DNA of 64,000 nt, taken from NCBI RefSeq assembly GCF_006345805.1, contig NC_043010.1, forward strand, positions 41,540,001 to 41,604,000. Direction: 5' to 3'. Shown piece after piece: positions 63,456-64,000 of the stretch. Within the stretch, counting starts at the first letter, position 1, and each line of letters opens with the position of its first letter. The translations under genes and the position numbers were made by a program. The notes under the pieces are model-generated. The model did no database searches. It was not told the origin of the DNA and worked only from the letters and a program-made list of their open reading frames with translations. The stretch comes from Octopus sinensis. Lineage: Eukaryota.

Positions 63456-63812
63456 AATAAATATAAATATAAATAAATATAATACTGCAATTAAACATGA
63501 TAGCAATTTTAATCACATGCTATATTTAGGTTTTCCTTATAGATACAAAATTTCTATTTTTCTGTTATTTTGTCAAAAATTCAAGTAAAATATCTGAAAT
63601 AATTTGAAAATGAATTATAGAAATGTTTTTTTCACTAATTGTCTTGTTTTACTTTCTTTACGAGGAAAAGCAAGTACAGGCCTGAGATTTATTAAATGTA
63701 TTAAAATCATGTAACAAATTAAACTTCATTAAACAATTCTTAGAGAAAGTAAACTAGGAAATAATTTTTTCTCCTCGACCAGAAAAAAAATAATGAAACA
63801 ACCTCAAATAAA
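63456..63812 (+). promoter_or_regulatory. Candidate polyadenylation signals
   Basis: AATAAA at 63456, 63472 and 63807 downstream of the stop codon; the region is AT-rich so chance hits are likely. Confidence 0.4.
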
Positions 63813-64000
63813 ATATAATCTTACCCATTCTGTGGATGAAATCTGTTTAATTTCATCACTGACTGAAATTGTAGACAAGAATTTGTAGATGGATGATTAG
63901 ACTTTCATTTAAATAGACATATGAGCTCACCACAGATTATCTATTTAGTCTTCTATGACTTGAATAGAAGAAAATATATAGCCTATCCCCATAACAGTTT

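Overview
AT-rich, microsatellite- and SINE-dense eukaryotic DNA. The repeat complement (tRNA-derived SINE families, RTE LINEs with (GAT)n tails, TA/CA/GATA microsatellites) is typical of a cephalopod, most likely Octopus; this is an inference. One host protein-coding gene spans most of the window on the + strand: a four-exon secreted IGFBP-related (IGFBP7/KAZALD1-like) gene at 9385-9604, 52857-53009, 58764-58937 and 63273-63319. All introns are phase 1 GT-AG and the predicted protein is 197 aa. I could not find the usual second-half-IB/Kazal exon in the 43-kb first intron. The rest is transposon debris: Tc1, mariner, hATm-like, piggyBac- and hAT-type MITEs, foldback elements, RTE, CR1, CRE, R4/Dong-like, Tx1-like and Penelope-like fragments. 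Most notable: several unrelated short elements carry minimal hammerhead-ribozyme-like motifs with non-canonical, partly covarying cores; an intron-containing pre-tRNA-Lys retrocopy lies next to a SINE inside a transposase; there is a SINE::28S rRNA chimera; and near-identical inverted RTE copies bracket the in-frame Ig exons. Most ORFs in the supplied track are microsatellite or SINE artefacts. Repeat boundaries are approximate because they were read by eye.
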